A stretch of DNA of 64,000 nt from Klebsiella pneumoniae (GCA_945873095.1 CAMCBU010000010.1:9574-73573); one strand, 5' to 3'. Numbered from the stretch's first letter, positions 28,786 to 37,052 are shown. Translations and numbers: made by a program. Notes: generated by a model not told the origin, from the letters alone.

Positions 28786-30475
28786 TGTTCATCGCCCACT
28801 TGCGTACCACTTGTGCCACCCGCGCCGGGTCGTCGTTGACGATCGTCCGGGCCAGGTTGATCTGCTCTTCGTATTTCGTCGGTGTGGCGCGACGCTTGAT
28901 CTCGGCATTGCCGTTGCTCATCGCCAACGGTGAATCGCTGCCATCACCGACACCCATCGGCACCGGGAGGCTTGATCCACTGAAGACGAAGCGATCGTCA
29001 GCCGGCACGGGTGGTGGTGGTGCCGGCGGCAGAAAGGCGGTGAAGCGCTGCGTGAGCGGACGTATCACCGTGAAAATCAGCACCATCAATGCGGCGAGAC
29101 CCACCATCGCCTTGATGGCATCCATGAACCAGGCCTGCTCCCAGATCGGAACCGAGGTCATCTCTCCCGTCGGCAGACGTGGGTCGCCGCGCCAAGCACT
29201 GTTCACCACGTTGACGCTGTCACCGCGATTCGCATCAAAGCCGACGGCATCTTTGACCAGCCCTGTGATGCGATCGATCTGCTCACGCGTGAGCGGTGCG
29301 TCGGTGAACTTACCGTCGCGACCCTGCACCTGCACGTTATCGACCAGCACGGCCACCGACAGCCGTTTCAATCGTCCGCCAGGTTGGCGTACATAGGCGA
29401 CGGTACGGTCGATCTCATAGTTGCGAGTGCTCTGCACCGACGTCGGCGACACCACCGCGGTCGCTGCCGAAGAGCCCCGCGCCGGTGTGGTTGTATCAGT
29501 TGCTGCGACAGCCGAGGTGGCTGCAGCAGCCGGCGTCGCAGCAACCGGTTGATTGGCCGCAGCACCGGGCACCCCGCTGGCCGCAGGCGACGCATTTCGA
29601 TCCTCGCTGACCTGCTCGCTACGCACGACCGCACCCGCGGGGTTGAATGACTCGCGTGCCTCCTCTGAACTCGTCATGTCGAACTGGGCACTGACTTCCG
29701 CCCGAACCCGTCCCGTGCCCACCAGCGGCTCGATCAAGGCCTCGATTCGTCGAGCGTAAGTCTCTTCGGTTTGTCGCGCGGTCTCGATCTGTTGATCGCG
29801 CATCGCGAGATCGCCTCGCCCTTGCGGCGACGACAGCAAGCGACCCTGCTGATCGACGACGGTCACCTGCGCCGGATCGATGTCCGGGACGCTGGTGCCC
29901 ACCAGATTGACGATGGAAGTGACCTGCTCGTTGGTGAGGCTACGGCCTGCCTTCAATTGCAAAAAGACGCTCGCGCGTGCCGGCGCGCGATCGCGGATGA
30001 AGCCTGAGTTGCGACCACTCGCGATGTGCACTCGAGCCGCGGCCACCTGTTGAAGACTCGAAATGGTCTTGGCCAGTTCAGTTTCGAGCGCATGCTGGTA
30101 ACGCGCGCCTTCCATGAAACTCGAGAGACCGAAGCCTCCATCCTTGGCGAGGCCTGCGAAACCACCGCTTTGCGTGACGCCTTGCTCTGCGAGCAGGAAG
30201 CGCGCGTCGTTCAACCGCTCGGCGGGGACCGACAACCCGCCGGTGCCGGAATCGACTCGGTATTCAATACCCGCGCCACTCAGCGCACGTGTAACCGCCG
30301 CGGCATCCTCGTCATTCAGCGTGCCGTACAACACGCTGAAGGTCGGCCCTTGGGACCACAACGTCACGCCGACACCCGCCGCCACTGCCGCTGCGAGACC
30401 GATCAACAACAACAACGGTCGTAGACCCGCCGATAGGGTTGCGAGTGGATTGCTGGCCGTTGCAGTGGCATCCAT
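28778..30475 (-). CDS. fliF: flagellar MS-ring protein FliF
   Basis: 565 aa YscJ/FliF family protein with two TM segments and a Pro/Ala-rich linker. Confidence 0.96.
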   Translation of the reverse strand: MDATATASNPLATLSAGLRPLLLLIGLAAAVAAGVGVTLWSQGPTFSVLYGTLNDEDAAAVTRALSGAGIEYRVDSGTGGLSVPAERLNDARFLLAEQGVTQSGGFAGLAKDGGFGLSSFMEGARYQHALETELAKTISSLQQVAAARVHIASGRNSGFIRDRAPARASVFLQLKAGRSLTNEQVTSIVNLVGTSVPDIDPAQVTVVDQQGRLLSSPQGRGDLAMRDQQIETARQTEETYARRIEALIEPLVGTGRVRAEVSAQFDMTSSEEARESFNPAGAVVRSEQVSEDRNASPAASGVPGAAANQPVAATPAAAATSAVAATDTTTPARGSSAATAVVSPTSVQSTRNYEIDRTVAYVRQPGGRLKRLSVAVLVDNVQVQGRDGKFTDAPLTREQIDRITGLVKDAVGFDANRGDSVNVVNSAWRGDPRLPTGEMTSVPIWEQAWFMDAIKAMVGLAALMVLIFTVIRPLTQRFTAFLPPAPPPPVPADDRFVFSGSSLPVPMGVGDGSDSPLAMSNGNAEIKRRATPTKYEEQINLARTIVNDDPARVAQVVRKWAMNNG

Positions 30476-30491
30476 GATGGTTCCTCAAAAA

Positions 30492-30848
30492 TCAAATGGG
30501 CATGTTCATGATTTCCTGATAAGCGGAAACCACGCGGTTACGAACCTCGACCGCACCGCGAAAGGCGATGCTGGACTTCTGCATATCGATCATCACTTGT
30601 GGCAAATCGACCCCCGGCGTACCACGCTCAAACGCAGTCGCCGTCGTGCGCGCCTGCTGCTGAACGGAATTGACCGTATCGAGTCCATTCTTCAACACCG
30701 AGGCGAAGCTGACCGATGAGGCTTTTTCCGTGCCCGACACGGCTGTGCCGAGCGCGCCGGCACCGCCGAGCGGCGAACTGCCACCGGCGGTCTGGGCGCG
30801 CAGGCTGCGAATTTGCGTCAGCACGCGATCGATATCGATCTGACTCAT
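30492..30848 (-). CDS. fliE: flagellar hook-basal body protein FliE
   Basis: 118 aa with C-terminus AVEVRNRVVSAYQEIMNMPI. Its ATG overlaps the TGA of the upstream HTH ORF. Confidence 0.95.
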   Translation of the reverse strand: MSQIDIDRVLTQIRSLRAQTAGGSSPLGGAGALGTAVSGTEKASSVSFASVLKNGLDTVNSVQQQARTTATAFERGTPGVDLPQVMIDMQKSSIAFRGAVEVRNRVVSAYQEIMNMPI

Positions 30849-31060
30849 GGGAGTTCCACCGCAAGACCGATCGAACGCAAGCGTGCGATGCGATAGCGCA
30901 AGGTGCGCGGACTGATACCGAGCTGGTCCGCGACAGTCAGTTGGGTGCCACGCGATTCGCGCAGCGCACTCAATAAAATCTCGCGCTCGGCTTGATCGCG
31001 ACGTCGAGCAAACTCGCTGCGGCCATCAATGAAAGCGGCAACTCGGACTACCTGCGGCAT
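30845..31060 (-). CDS. stand-alone Fis-type (HTH_8) DNA-binding protein, 71 aa
   Basis: ...EREILLSALRESRGTQLTVADQLGISPRTLRYRIARLRS... resembles the C-terminal HTH of NtrC/FleR/FlrC. It has a GAGGAG RBS 5 nt upstream, an ATGA overlap with fliE and a sigma54 element about 40 nt upstream. Confidence 0.65.
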   Translation of the reverse strand: MPQVVRVAAFIDGRSEFARRRDQAEREILLSALRESRGTQLTVADQLGISPRTLRYRIARLRSIGLAVELP

Positions 31061-31101
31061 TTTCGCTCCTCGAGTCAGACGACTGACATATCATCGAGGG
31101 A

Positions 31102-31116
31102 GCAAGAACTGTGCCG
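31102..31116 (-). promoter_or_regulatory. sigma54 -24/-12 promoter of the HTH-fliEFGHIJ... operon
   Basis: The minus strand reads CGGCACAGTTCTTGC with exact spacing. It lies in the 94-nt fleQ/HTH intergenic region, about 40 nt upstream of ATG 31060. Confidence 0.65.
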
Positions 31117-31154
31117 CCGTGGAAAGCGCGCCTCGTGGGCGAGAACGTCAAAAA

Positions 31155-32363
31155 TCAGTCGTCGAGATCCGAGACGGACATATTGAAGCGTCGCATTTTC
31201 TCGACCAAGGTCGTCCGACGAAGACCTAGCAGCTTGGCTGCGCGCGAGACGGTTCCTTTGGAGCGCTCGAGCGCTTGAACGATCAGCTTGCGCTCGAGGT
31301 CGAGTAGATATTCACGCAGATCAAAGCCGTCGATCGGTAACTGCGCGGCTTCAGTCGACCTCGACACCGACGCGCCAGCCAAGGCGGCGGGTTGTCCCGT
31401 CGGCTCGAGTGGGCCGTCCGCGACACACGCCGCACCGAGGCACTCGTCACCTGATACGTCATCGTCCTCCAGCGGATCGTCGGCCGCGACCTCGCTCATG
31501 TCGTTCAGCAAGGCCTCGATCGCCTCATCGGTCAAATATCCTGCGCGATAGCGAGCCGGCAGATCGAGAACGTCGACCGGCTTGGCGCCGTAGAGCACGC
31601 TCAGCCGCTCCATGAGATTGGCAAGTTCACGCACGTTGCCGGGCCAGCCATAGCTCTTGAGAGCCTCGACCGTACGAGGCATCAAGCGAAGTTTCGCACG
31701 CCCTGCGATCAAGTTCTGATGCACGAATTCGCCGACGAGCGTGTCGAGGTCTTCAAGCCGCTCGCGCAGGCTCGGCATCTCGATCGGAAATACATTCAAA
31801 CGATAAAAGAGATCGCCGCGAAAACGTCCGTTGGCGATCGCCGTCTCGAGATCGCGGTGAGTAGCAGCGACGATGCGCACATCGCAGCGCATCGGTTGGT
31901 GGTTACCGACGCGCTCGAACACGCGCTCTTGTAGGACACGCAGCAACTTCACCTGCATCGGCAGACTCATGTCGCCGATCTCATCCAAAAACAGCGTGCC
32001 CCCCTCGGCAATTTCGAAACGGCCGCGCCGCGAGGTGTAGGCTCCCGTGAACGCACCCTTCTCGTGGCCGAAGAGCTCGCTCTCCAGCAGATCTGGCGGG
32101 ATGGCTCCGCAATTGACGGCCACGAACGGCCCACCGCGGCGCGGGCTACTATCGTGGATCGCACGCGCGACCACTTCTTTGCCAGTACCCGACTCGCCGA
32201 GGATCAGGACGCTCGAATCGTAGGCAGCAACCTTGCCGATCAGCGAATTCACCTGTTGGATCGCCGCGGAACGCCCGCTCGGGAGTCGCGCCGCAATGAC
32301 CGTCTCGAGAGCGGCAAAGGTCGCCACCGGCGTTTTGGCGATGGTCTCCATCGCTTGGCTCAC
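31155..32363 (-). CDS. fleQ: sigma54-dependent flagellar master activator, FleQ/FlrA-like but lacking an N-terminal receiver/FleQ domain
   Basis: AAA+ motifs [23 protein letters not shown] and [11 protein letters not shown]. The C-terminal [19 protein letters not shown] is FleQ/FlrA-like. The start is GTG 32363 or ATG 32351, and only 90 nt separate it from the upstream gene. Confidence 0.85.
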   Translation of the reverse strand: MSQAMETIAKTPVATFAALETVIAARLPSGRSAAIQQVNSLIGKVAAYDSSVLILGESGTGKEVVARAIHDSSPRRGGPFVAVNCGAIPPDLLESELFGHEKGAFTGAYTSRRGRFEIAEGGTLFLDEIGDMSLPMQVKLLRVLQERVFERVGNHQPMRCDVRIVAATHRDLETAIANGRFRGDLFYRLNVFPIEMPSLRERLEDLDTLVGEFVHQNLIAGRAKLRLMPRTVEALKSYGWPGNVRELANLMERLSVLYGAKPVDVLDLPARYRAGYLTDEAIEALLNDMSEVAADDPLEDDDVSGDECLGAACVADGPLEPTGQPAALAGASVSRSTEAAQLPIDGFDLREYLLDLERKLIVQALERSKGTVSRAAKLLGLRRTTLVEKMRRFNMSVSDLDD

Positions 32364-32453
32364 GTACGAATTCCAATCCGCATTAGGGGTTTGTAACCGA
32401 ATTTATGGCCTTTACGGATTCAAACCGTCCCAGTTCGGATGAACCTCGCGGCG

Positions 32454-32984
32454 CTATCGGTATCGCTCCCGCAAACGTCGGTGCTCACGAAATAGCCAGC
32501 GTTCGAGACAGTCCCGCTCCGGCTCGCCCATATTCAAAAACTCAAAGCGCAGGTGTTGCGGTGATACCGATGTCACCCGAGCGACAAACTGCAAAGCTGT
32601 CGGCCAACGCGGTTCGGGATGCCATGCGAGCAACCCGATATCGCCCTCGTTCAGTGCGGAGTTCGCAGGTGTGGTGTTGCAGGTCCAGGCGACGCCGGTC
32701 GCTGCGAGCGAAAAGGTGACGCTCGAGCCGGGACCCGTTTCAAGCCCGCTACGTTCGAGCAGCAGATCCAGCACCATCGACAGCTTCGCATCGAGACGTC
32801 TGATCTCAGCGGCAATCTCCGCGTCGACCTCGCCGGTACCGGACACCGCTTCCGCCCGAATCGCCTCGAGCCATCGGAAAATCTGAATGTTGCGGCTCGC
32901 ACGATCGTTGAGCGCAACGGCACCCACGCTAAACGACCAGCGCGCCTGTCCCTCGACGGTCAGCGTATCGTGGCTGTCGTGCAT
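32454..32984 (-). CDS. putative atypical PilZ-like protein (helical N-terminal part plus beta-rich C-terminal part)
   Basis: 176 aa. A helix (IAAEIRRLDAKLSMVLDLLLERS) is followed by a beta-rich domain and an Arg-rich tail (WLFREHRRLRERYR). No canonical RxxxR...DxSxxG pair is visible. It starts 12 nt downstream of fliS. The assignment is by resemblance only. Confidence 0.4.
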   Translation of the reverse strand: MHDSHDTLTVEGQARWSFSVGAVALNDRASRNIQIFRWLEAIRAEAVSGTGEVDAEIAAEIRRLDAKLSMVLDLLLERSGLETGPGSSVTFSLAATGVAWTCNTTPANSALNEGDIGLLAWHPEPRWPTALQFVARVTSVSPQHLRFEFLNMGEPERDCLERWLFREHRRLRERYR

Positions 32985-32996
32985 CCGCGCCTGTGC

Positions 32997-33422
32997 TCAG
33001 GTCGGACGCCGACCGGCGCCCGCAGCTTGGCTCGACTGGGCATTCTTTGGAATGGCGGCCCAAGCATCGCGAATTTCAGTCAGCAACGCGCTGACATGCG
33101 GTAAGACATCCCGCCGACGAGGTACGTGAGCGAGCAACAACTGCCGACAGATATAGTCGTAGAGCGCATCGAGATTATGGGCGATCTCACCGCGCGAGAG
33201 ATCGAGGGCGGCCTTCAGTTCGCCCACGATGGCGAGGGCGCGCTGGATGTGTAGTGTCGCATCGACCGTCTCGCCGTTAGCCGCGCAACCGCGCGCCTGA
33301 GCGATGCGTGCGATCGCGCCGTCTAGCAACATGAGCACCAGACCGTGCGGATCGGCTGCCGCGACACCCGAATGGGCTGCCACTGATTGATACGCCATCG
33401 CGCCATTTCGACCGTAAGACAT
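32997..33422 (-). CDS. fliS: flagellin-specific chaperone FliS
   Basis: The ATG at 33422 with an AGGAGAGG RBS gives MSYGRNGAMAYQSV...LVLMLLDGAI...NLDALYDY, which is typical of FliS. The ORF-track start at 33518 adds an Arg-rich non-homologous extension. Confidence 0.93.
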   Translation of the reverse strand: MSYGRNGAMAYQSVAAHSGVAAADPHGLVLMLLDGAIARIAQARGCAANGETVDATLHIQRALAIVGELKAALDLSRGEIAHNLDALYDYICRQLLLAHVPRRRDVLPHVSALLTEIRDAWAAIPKNAQSSQAAGAGRRPT

Positions 33423-33456
33423 CGACCTCTCCTGCGACTCGGGTCTCGACACCCTG

Positions 33457-33483
33457 CTAACGGCGGGGGCTAGAAAAACTTTA
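33457..33483 (-). promoter_or_regulatory. sigma28 (FliA) promoter upstream of fliS
   Basis: The minus strand reads TAAAGTTT-N11-GCCGTTAG in the 92-nt fliD-fliS spacer. Confidence 0.7.
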
Positions 33484-33514
33484 CGGCGTGCGCGACAACG
33501 GGATGGAGTTCTGA

Positions 33515-34840
33515 TCATGTAGATAGTTTCGCAATGGAACTGCTCATACCTTGCATTTGCGTCAAGAGCTGATCGAGGGACACAAACTGCTTTCGGTAGC
33601 GCTTCTCGACCGCCGACATGCGGTTCTCGACCGCGAGCTTGTCCTGATCGAGTCGACGTTTGCTTGAATTCAAGCCGTCGGTCCGGCTTTGGATCAGACC
33701 ATCGCTGGCCAGCTGTGTATCGAGCAGCGCGTCGAGACGCGCAACCAAGCCATCGCTGGCGGTGAACACCTGTACGACATCCTCGAGGCGATCGAGCAAC
33801 GCGGTCTTGAAGCGGGTGTCGTTGATCGAGAGCCGCGCATCGTTACCGATGGCAAAGCCCATGGCGAGCACCGAATTGAAATCGGCCGCTGCGCTTGACG
33901 TCGGTGCCGTCAGTTCGCGCCGCAAAGCCATTTCGATATTCCGCACCAGCGAGTCGGCAATCAAAGGTCCTGCCGAGTTATTGCTGGCATCGAACGCGCG
34001 CAGCCGACGCGAGGTCGCCACGAAGTTGTTGTACTCGGTGACGAGTTTGCGCAGTCGGTCTTCAGCACCGGCGGTGTCGGCCTGAACACCGAAGTTGATG
34101 ACGGTGCCCGGTTTCGCACTGGTGAGATTCAGGGTGACGCCTTGCATCACATTGACCAACGTATTGGTCGGGCTCGTGACCGAGACTCCATCGATCTTGA
34201 CGAGCGCATCGGCGCCGGTGGAATTGACGGTAAACCCGCTCGTGAAGGCATCTAGCGATCCGCTTCCGCTCAAGGTGATGGCATTACCCGCGCCGCCCTC
34301 CTCGCTCGAGAGCAACAACCGAACACCGTCCGGCGTGCTCATCAAAGTCGCTTTGACGCCGGTGTTATCGGCCTGCGTATTGATCGTCTCGACGATCTTC
34401 TCGAGCGTTGTCCCGGCACCGACCGAGAACGAGAAGCTGTCGCTGCCCTGCGTGATCGTCAAATTGCCGTTGCCGGGCGCTGACGTGGCGCTTGGGAATA
34501 GGGCCGAGCTCATCTTGTGGGTACTCGCGAGGCTCACCACTTCGACGGCGTAATTACCCGCCACCGAACCGTTCCCGAAACTCACTCGAAAAGCGCTGCT
34601 ATCGCTGAGACTGGCAGTACGCCCCGCCAACACATCGCCGGTTTTCAAAGCCTGCAGTGCCGCTTTCACGTTGGCAAGTGCGCCCTTCAGGGTCGAAAAG
34701 GCGGAGAGTTTCGTGGTGATCGTCGTCTCGCGGGTGCGAATCCGCTGGTCAAGGGGTGCACGCTCTGCGGCAACCAACTGCGACACCAGCGAATTCACGT
34801 CGAGTCCGGAAGCTCCAATCCCCGTTGCCTGGATCGCCAT
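33515..34840 (-). CDS. fliD: flagellar filament cap protein FliD
   Basis: 441 aa with FliD N- and C-terminal coiled-coil regions (...RYRKQFVSLDQLLTQMQGMSS). Confidence 0.95.
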   Translation of the reverse strand: MAIQATGIGASGLDVNSLVSQLVAAERAPLDQRIRTRETTITTKLSAFSTLKGALANVKAALQALKTGDVLAGRTASLSDSSAFRVSFGNGSVAGNYAVEVVSLASTHKMSSALFPSATSAPGNGNLTITQGSDSFSFSVGAGTTLEKIVETINTQADNTGVKATLMSTPDGVRLLLSSEEGGAGNAITLSGSGSLDAFTSGFTVNSTGADALVKIDGVSVTSPTNTLVNVMQGVTLNLTSAKPGTVINFGVQADTAGAEDRLRKLVTEYNNFVATSRRLRAFDASNNSAGPLIADSLVRNIEMALRRELTAPTSSAAADFNSVLAMGFAIGNDARLSINDTRFKTALLDRLEDVVQVFTASDGLVARLDALLDTQLASDGLIQSRTDGLNSSKRRLDQDKLAVENRMSAVEKRYRKQFVSLDQLLTQMQGMSSSIAKLST

Positions 34841-34853
34841 CTACCGCCTCGCC

Positions 34854-34879
34854 AAAAAACTGACGCAGGGTTTGCGTCA
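34854..34879 (-). terminator. hairpin plus U6 inside the fliD leader, starting at the predicted sigma54 TSS
   Basis: The minus strand reads UGACGCA-AACCC-UGCGUCA-G-UUUUUU, followed by GGCGAGGCGGUAG-AUG (fliD). Confidence 0.5.
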
Positions 34880-34890
34880 AGGAAAAAATA

Positions 34891-34905
34891 GCAAGAGCCG
34901 TGCCG
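34891..34905 (-). promoter_or_regulatory. sigma54 -24/-12 promoter upstream of fliD
   Basis: The minus strand reads CGGCACGGCTCTTGC with exact spacing, about 50 nt upstream of the fliD ATG. Confidence 0.6.
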
Positions 34906-34908
34906 TGC

Positions 34909-34950
34909 AAAAATCCCGCCTGCAACTCCGGGGAACTCCCCGGAGTGCAG
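34909..34950 (-). terminator. terminator-like hairpin after flagellin copy A
   Basis: A 13-bp stem with one bulge (34920-34950), with a U5 run 6 nt downstream. A second stem, GGTCGGGG/CCCCGACC, lies at 34957-34993. Confidence 0.45.
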
Positions 34951-35014
34951 ACGGCTGGTCGGGGACAACGTTGTCGCGGCGCCAGCCCCGACCACTTCCC
35001 ATTCAAAGTGGCTG

Positions 35015-35857
35015 TTAGCTTCGCAGCAGCGCGAGCACGCCCTGCGGGATCTGGTTCGCCTGCGAGAGCACCGCCATACCGGACTGCTGCAGAATCTGCA
35101 GGCGAGTCAAGGCCGCGGTCTCGGCGGCGAAGTCGGCATCTTGGATACGTGATCGCGCCGAGGTTACGTTTTCGACCGTGACACGCAAGTTGCTGATGGT
35201 TTGCTCGAAGCGGTTGATCGAGGCGCCGATTTCTGCGCGCTCGTTGGTCACCTGTGTGATGGCCGCATCGATGGCTGCGAGCGCAGCGGTCGAGTCCGCC
35301 TGAGTGGCAACGCTGATCGCCGAGATCTTGAGTCCCGCGGTGCCGAGCGCCGCCGTTTGCAAATCGGCGATGCCACCGACCTGAATCACCTCGGAGGCAT
35401 TCGCTCCGACCTGGAAGTTACCGCCGCCGGAGAAGCTGCCATTCAACAATGCGGTTCCGTTGAAACTCGTTTGCACGGCAACGCGATTGATCTCGGCTTT
35501 CAGCTGATCGACCTCAGCGGTGATCGCGGTTCGATCGGCCGCCGTATTGGTGTAGTTGGCAGACTGCACGGCGAGTTCACGAATACGTTGTAGCGCGTTC
35601 GTGATGGCCTCGATGCCACCCTCCGCGGTCTGCGAAAGCGAAATGCCGTCGCCTGCGTTACGGATCGCTTGGTTATAGCCGCGAACCTGCGACGTCAGGC
35701 GCTCGGCGATGGCGAGTCCGGCAGCGTCGTCTTTCGCGCTGTTGATCCGCATGCCGGAGCTCAAGCGCTGCAGGGCGGTTGAGAGTTCCAGTGACGTCTT
35801 AGCCAAGGCTCGTTGTGCACCCAGCGCCGCGACGTTGGTGTTGATTACGGTGCTCAT
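35015..35857 (-). CDS. fliC: flagellin, copy A (280 aa, short type)
   Basis: [12 protein letters not shown]...[20 protein letters not shown]...[10 protein letters not shown]...[19 protein letters not shown] sigma28 promoter lies upstream. Most similar to copy G. Confidence 0.96.
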   Translation of the reverse strand: MSTVINTNVAALGAQRALAKTSLELSTALQRLSSGMRINSAKDDAAGLAIAERLTSQVRGYNQAIRNAGDGISLSQTAEGGIEAITNALQRIRELAVQSANYTNTAADRTAITAEVDQLKAEINRVAVQTSFNGTALLNGSFSGGGNFQVGANASEVIQVGGIADLQTAALGTAGLKISAISVATQADSTAALAAIDAAITQVTNERAEIGASINRFEQTISNLRVTVENVTSARSRIQDADFAAETAALTRLQILQQSGMAVLSQANQIPQGVLALLRS

Positions 35858-35900
35858 CGTTCTGACTCCTGAAAAGGTTGGGGTTGGGAAGTCAAACCCT

Positions 35901-35927
35901 GTAACGGATGGCAACGGAAATACTTTA
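35901..35927 (-). promoter_or_regulatory. sigma28 promoter of flagellin copy A
   Basis: The minus strand reads TAAAGTAT-N11-TCCGTTAC, about 45 nt upstream of the ATG. Confidence 0.65.
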
Positions 35928-35992
35928 GGCCCCCAAGCGCATTTCTGCGGGAGGCGTCACGGAATCAGTGGGACCACCGCTCCGGACCGACA

Positions 35993-36034
35993 CCGGACGT
36001 TGAGCGGGGCCCCAACTCCCCACACAACGTCCGG
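35993..36034 (-). terminator. 3' stem-loop after flagellin copy B
   Basis: A perfect 10-bp stem CCGGACGTTG/CAACGTCCGG with a 22-nt loop and no U-tract. An identical copy follows copy E. Confidence 0.4.
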
Positions 36035-36050
36035 GCGGATTTTCAGATCG

Positions 36051-36893
36051 TCAACGCAGCAACGAGAGAACGTTCTGCGGGATGACGTTGGCCTGCGAGA
36101 GCACCGCCGTGCCCGACTGCTGCAGGATCTGCAGCCGGGTGAGCGCGGCCGTCTCGGCAGCGAAGTCGGCATCGAGCACACGCGAGCGTGAACCCTCGAG
36201 GTTCTCCACCGTCACGCGCAGGTTGTTGATCGTCTGCTCGAAGCGATTCACCACCGCACCTAAGCTCGCTCGAGCAGAAGTCACTGTGGTCAGTGCCGCA
36301 TCGATGGCGCCCAACGCGTCCGTTGAACCGGCCAGTGCGAGCGTCGAGACATCCACCGCCGCAATTTTATTCGTTGTCGTTCCCAACGCCGTCCCGCGCA
36401 TGTCGGCGATACCCGAGACCGTGATGACTTCCGTACCACCTGCACCCACTTGGAAGTTGGCGCTCGTGAAGCTGCCGTTCAACAGATCCTTGGTGTTGAA
36501 CTTCGTCTGCACGGCTACGCGGTTGATCTCTTCCTTCAACTGCGCGACTTCGAGCTGGATGGCCTGCCGGTCGCCATCGGTGTTGCTGTAGTTCAAGGCC
36601 TGCACGGCCAGTTCACGCATACGCTGCAAGCTCTGCGTGATGCCATCCATACCGCCTTCAGCCGTCTGCGCGAGCGAAATACCATCTCCCGCGTTACGCA
36701 CGGCTTGGTTATAGCCGCGGATCTGCGAAGTCATGCGCTCGCTGATCGCGAGCCCCGCCGCATCGTCCTTGGCACTGTTGATGCGAAGACCGGTCGAGAG
36801 GCGCTGTAACGCCGTCGACATCTGGGTCGAAGTCTTCGCCAGGGATCGCTGCGCGATCAGCGCAGGGATATTGGTGTTGATCACTGTACTCAT
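36051..36893 (-). CDS. fliC: flagellin, copy B (280 aa)
   Basis: Conserved flagellin N- and C-terminal domains ([22 protein letters not shown]). Near-identical to copy E (5 aa differences by eye). Confidence 0.96.
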   Translation of the reverse strand: MSTVINTNIPALIAQRSLAKTSTQMSTALQRLSTGLRINSAKDDAAGLAISERMTSQIRGYNQAVRNAGDGISLAQTAEGGMDGITQSLQRMRELAVQALNYSNTDGDRQAIQLEVAQLKEEINRVAVQTKFNTKDLLNGSFTSANFQVGAGGTEVITVSGIADMRGTALGTTTNKIAAVDVSTLALAGSTDALGAIDAALTTVTSARASLGAVVNRFEQTINNLRVTVENLEGSRSRVLDADFAAETAALTRLQILQQSGTAVLSQANVIPQNVLSLLR

Positions 36894-37052
36894 TTGCTCT
36901 CTCCTGATGCCTTCGGTGCTCTATTGGCACGTCCCGGCACATGATGTTTCGCGACGGGGCCATCCTCACCCGCCGCAAAACACCAGAGCAATGAGTCAAT
37001 CCATCACGCTAGATAAAGCGTGATCCAAGTCCGGATCCCTTTCGCACTCGCG

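Larger units (their letters stand above)
35982..37012 (-). repeat. about 1.03-kb direct repeat, copy 1 (flagellin B plus its leader and 3' stem-loop)
   Basis: It aligns with 39014-40044 at a constant offset of 3032 nt. The flanks are nearly identical and the central patches are diverged. Confidence 0.9.

Noticed and set aside
31068-31099. A hairpin, CCUCGA-(bulge)-GUCAG-UCGU-CUGAC-UCGAGG, that would sequester the GAGGAG RBS of the orphan HTH/fliE operon.
   Set aside because: The 5' arm (31094-31099) lies upstream of the TSS predicted from the sigma54 -12 element (about 31090). It would therefore exist only in read-through transcripts from fleQ. It may discriminate read-through from initiated mRNAs, but that is too speculative to report as a feature.
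31117-31170. GTCAAAAATCAGTC and CGTC-N9-GACG near the fliE-operon promoter, considered as FleQ boxes. A shared CAAAAATC string occurs near the fliD promoter.
   Set aside because: These are not inverted repeats of the GTCA-N6-TGAC type, and the short A-rich strings are shared only by chance-level similarity.
36921-36940. Plus-strand TTGGCACGTCCCGGCAC and the overlapping minus-strand GCCAATAG in the B/E leader.
   Set aside because: The plus-strand motif has the wrong orientation and its GC dinucleotide is one position short. The minus-strand sigma28 -10-like octamer has no TAAAG-type -35 at N11 (ACATCATG instead). I kept it only as a near-miss in the finding on the unresolved promoter.
36987-37003. 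Sigma54-like TGGATTGACTCATTGC upstream of flagellin B (copy at 40019-40035 upstream of E).
   Set aside because: The GG-to-GC spacing is one nucleotide longer than the invariant sigma54 geometry, and the -24 element lacks the CAC.
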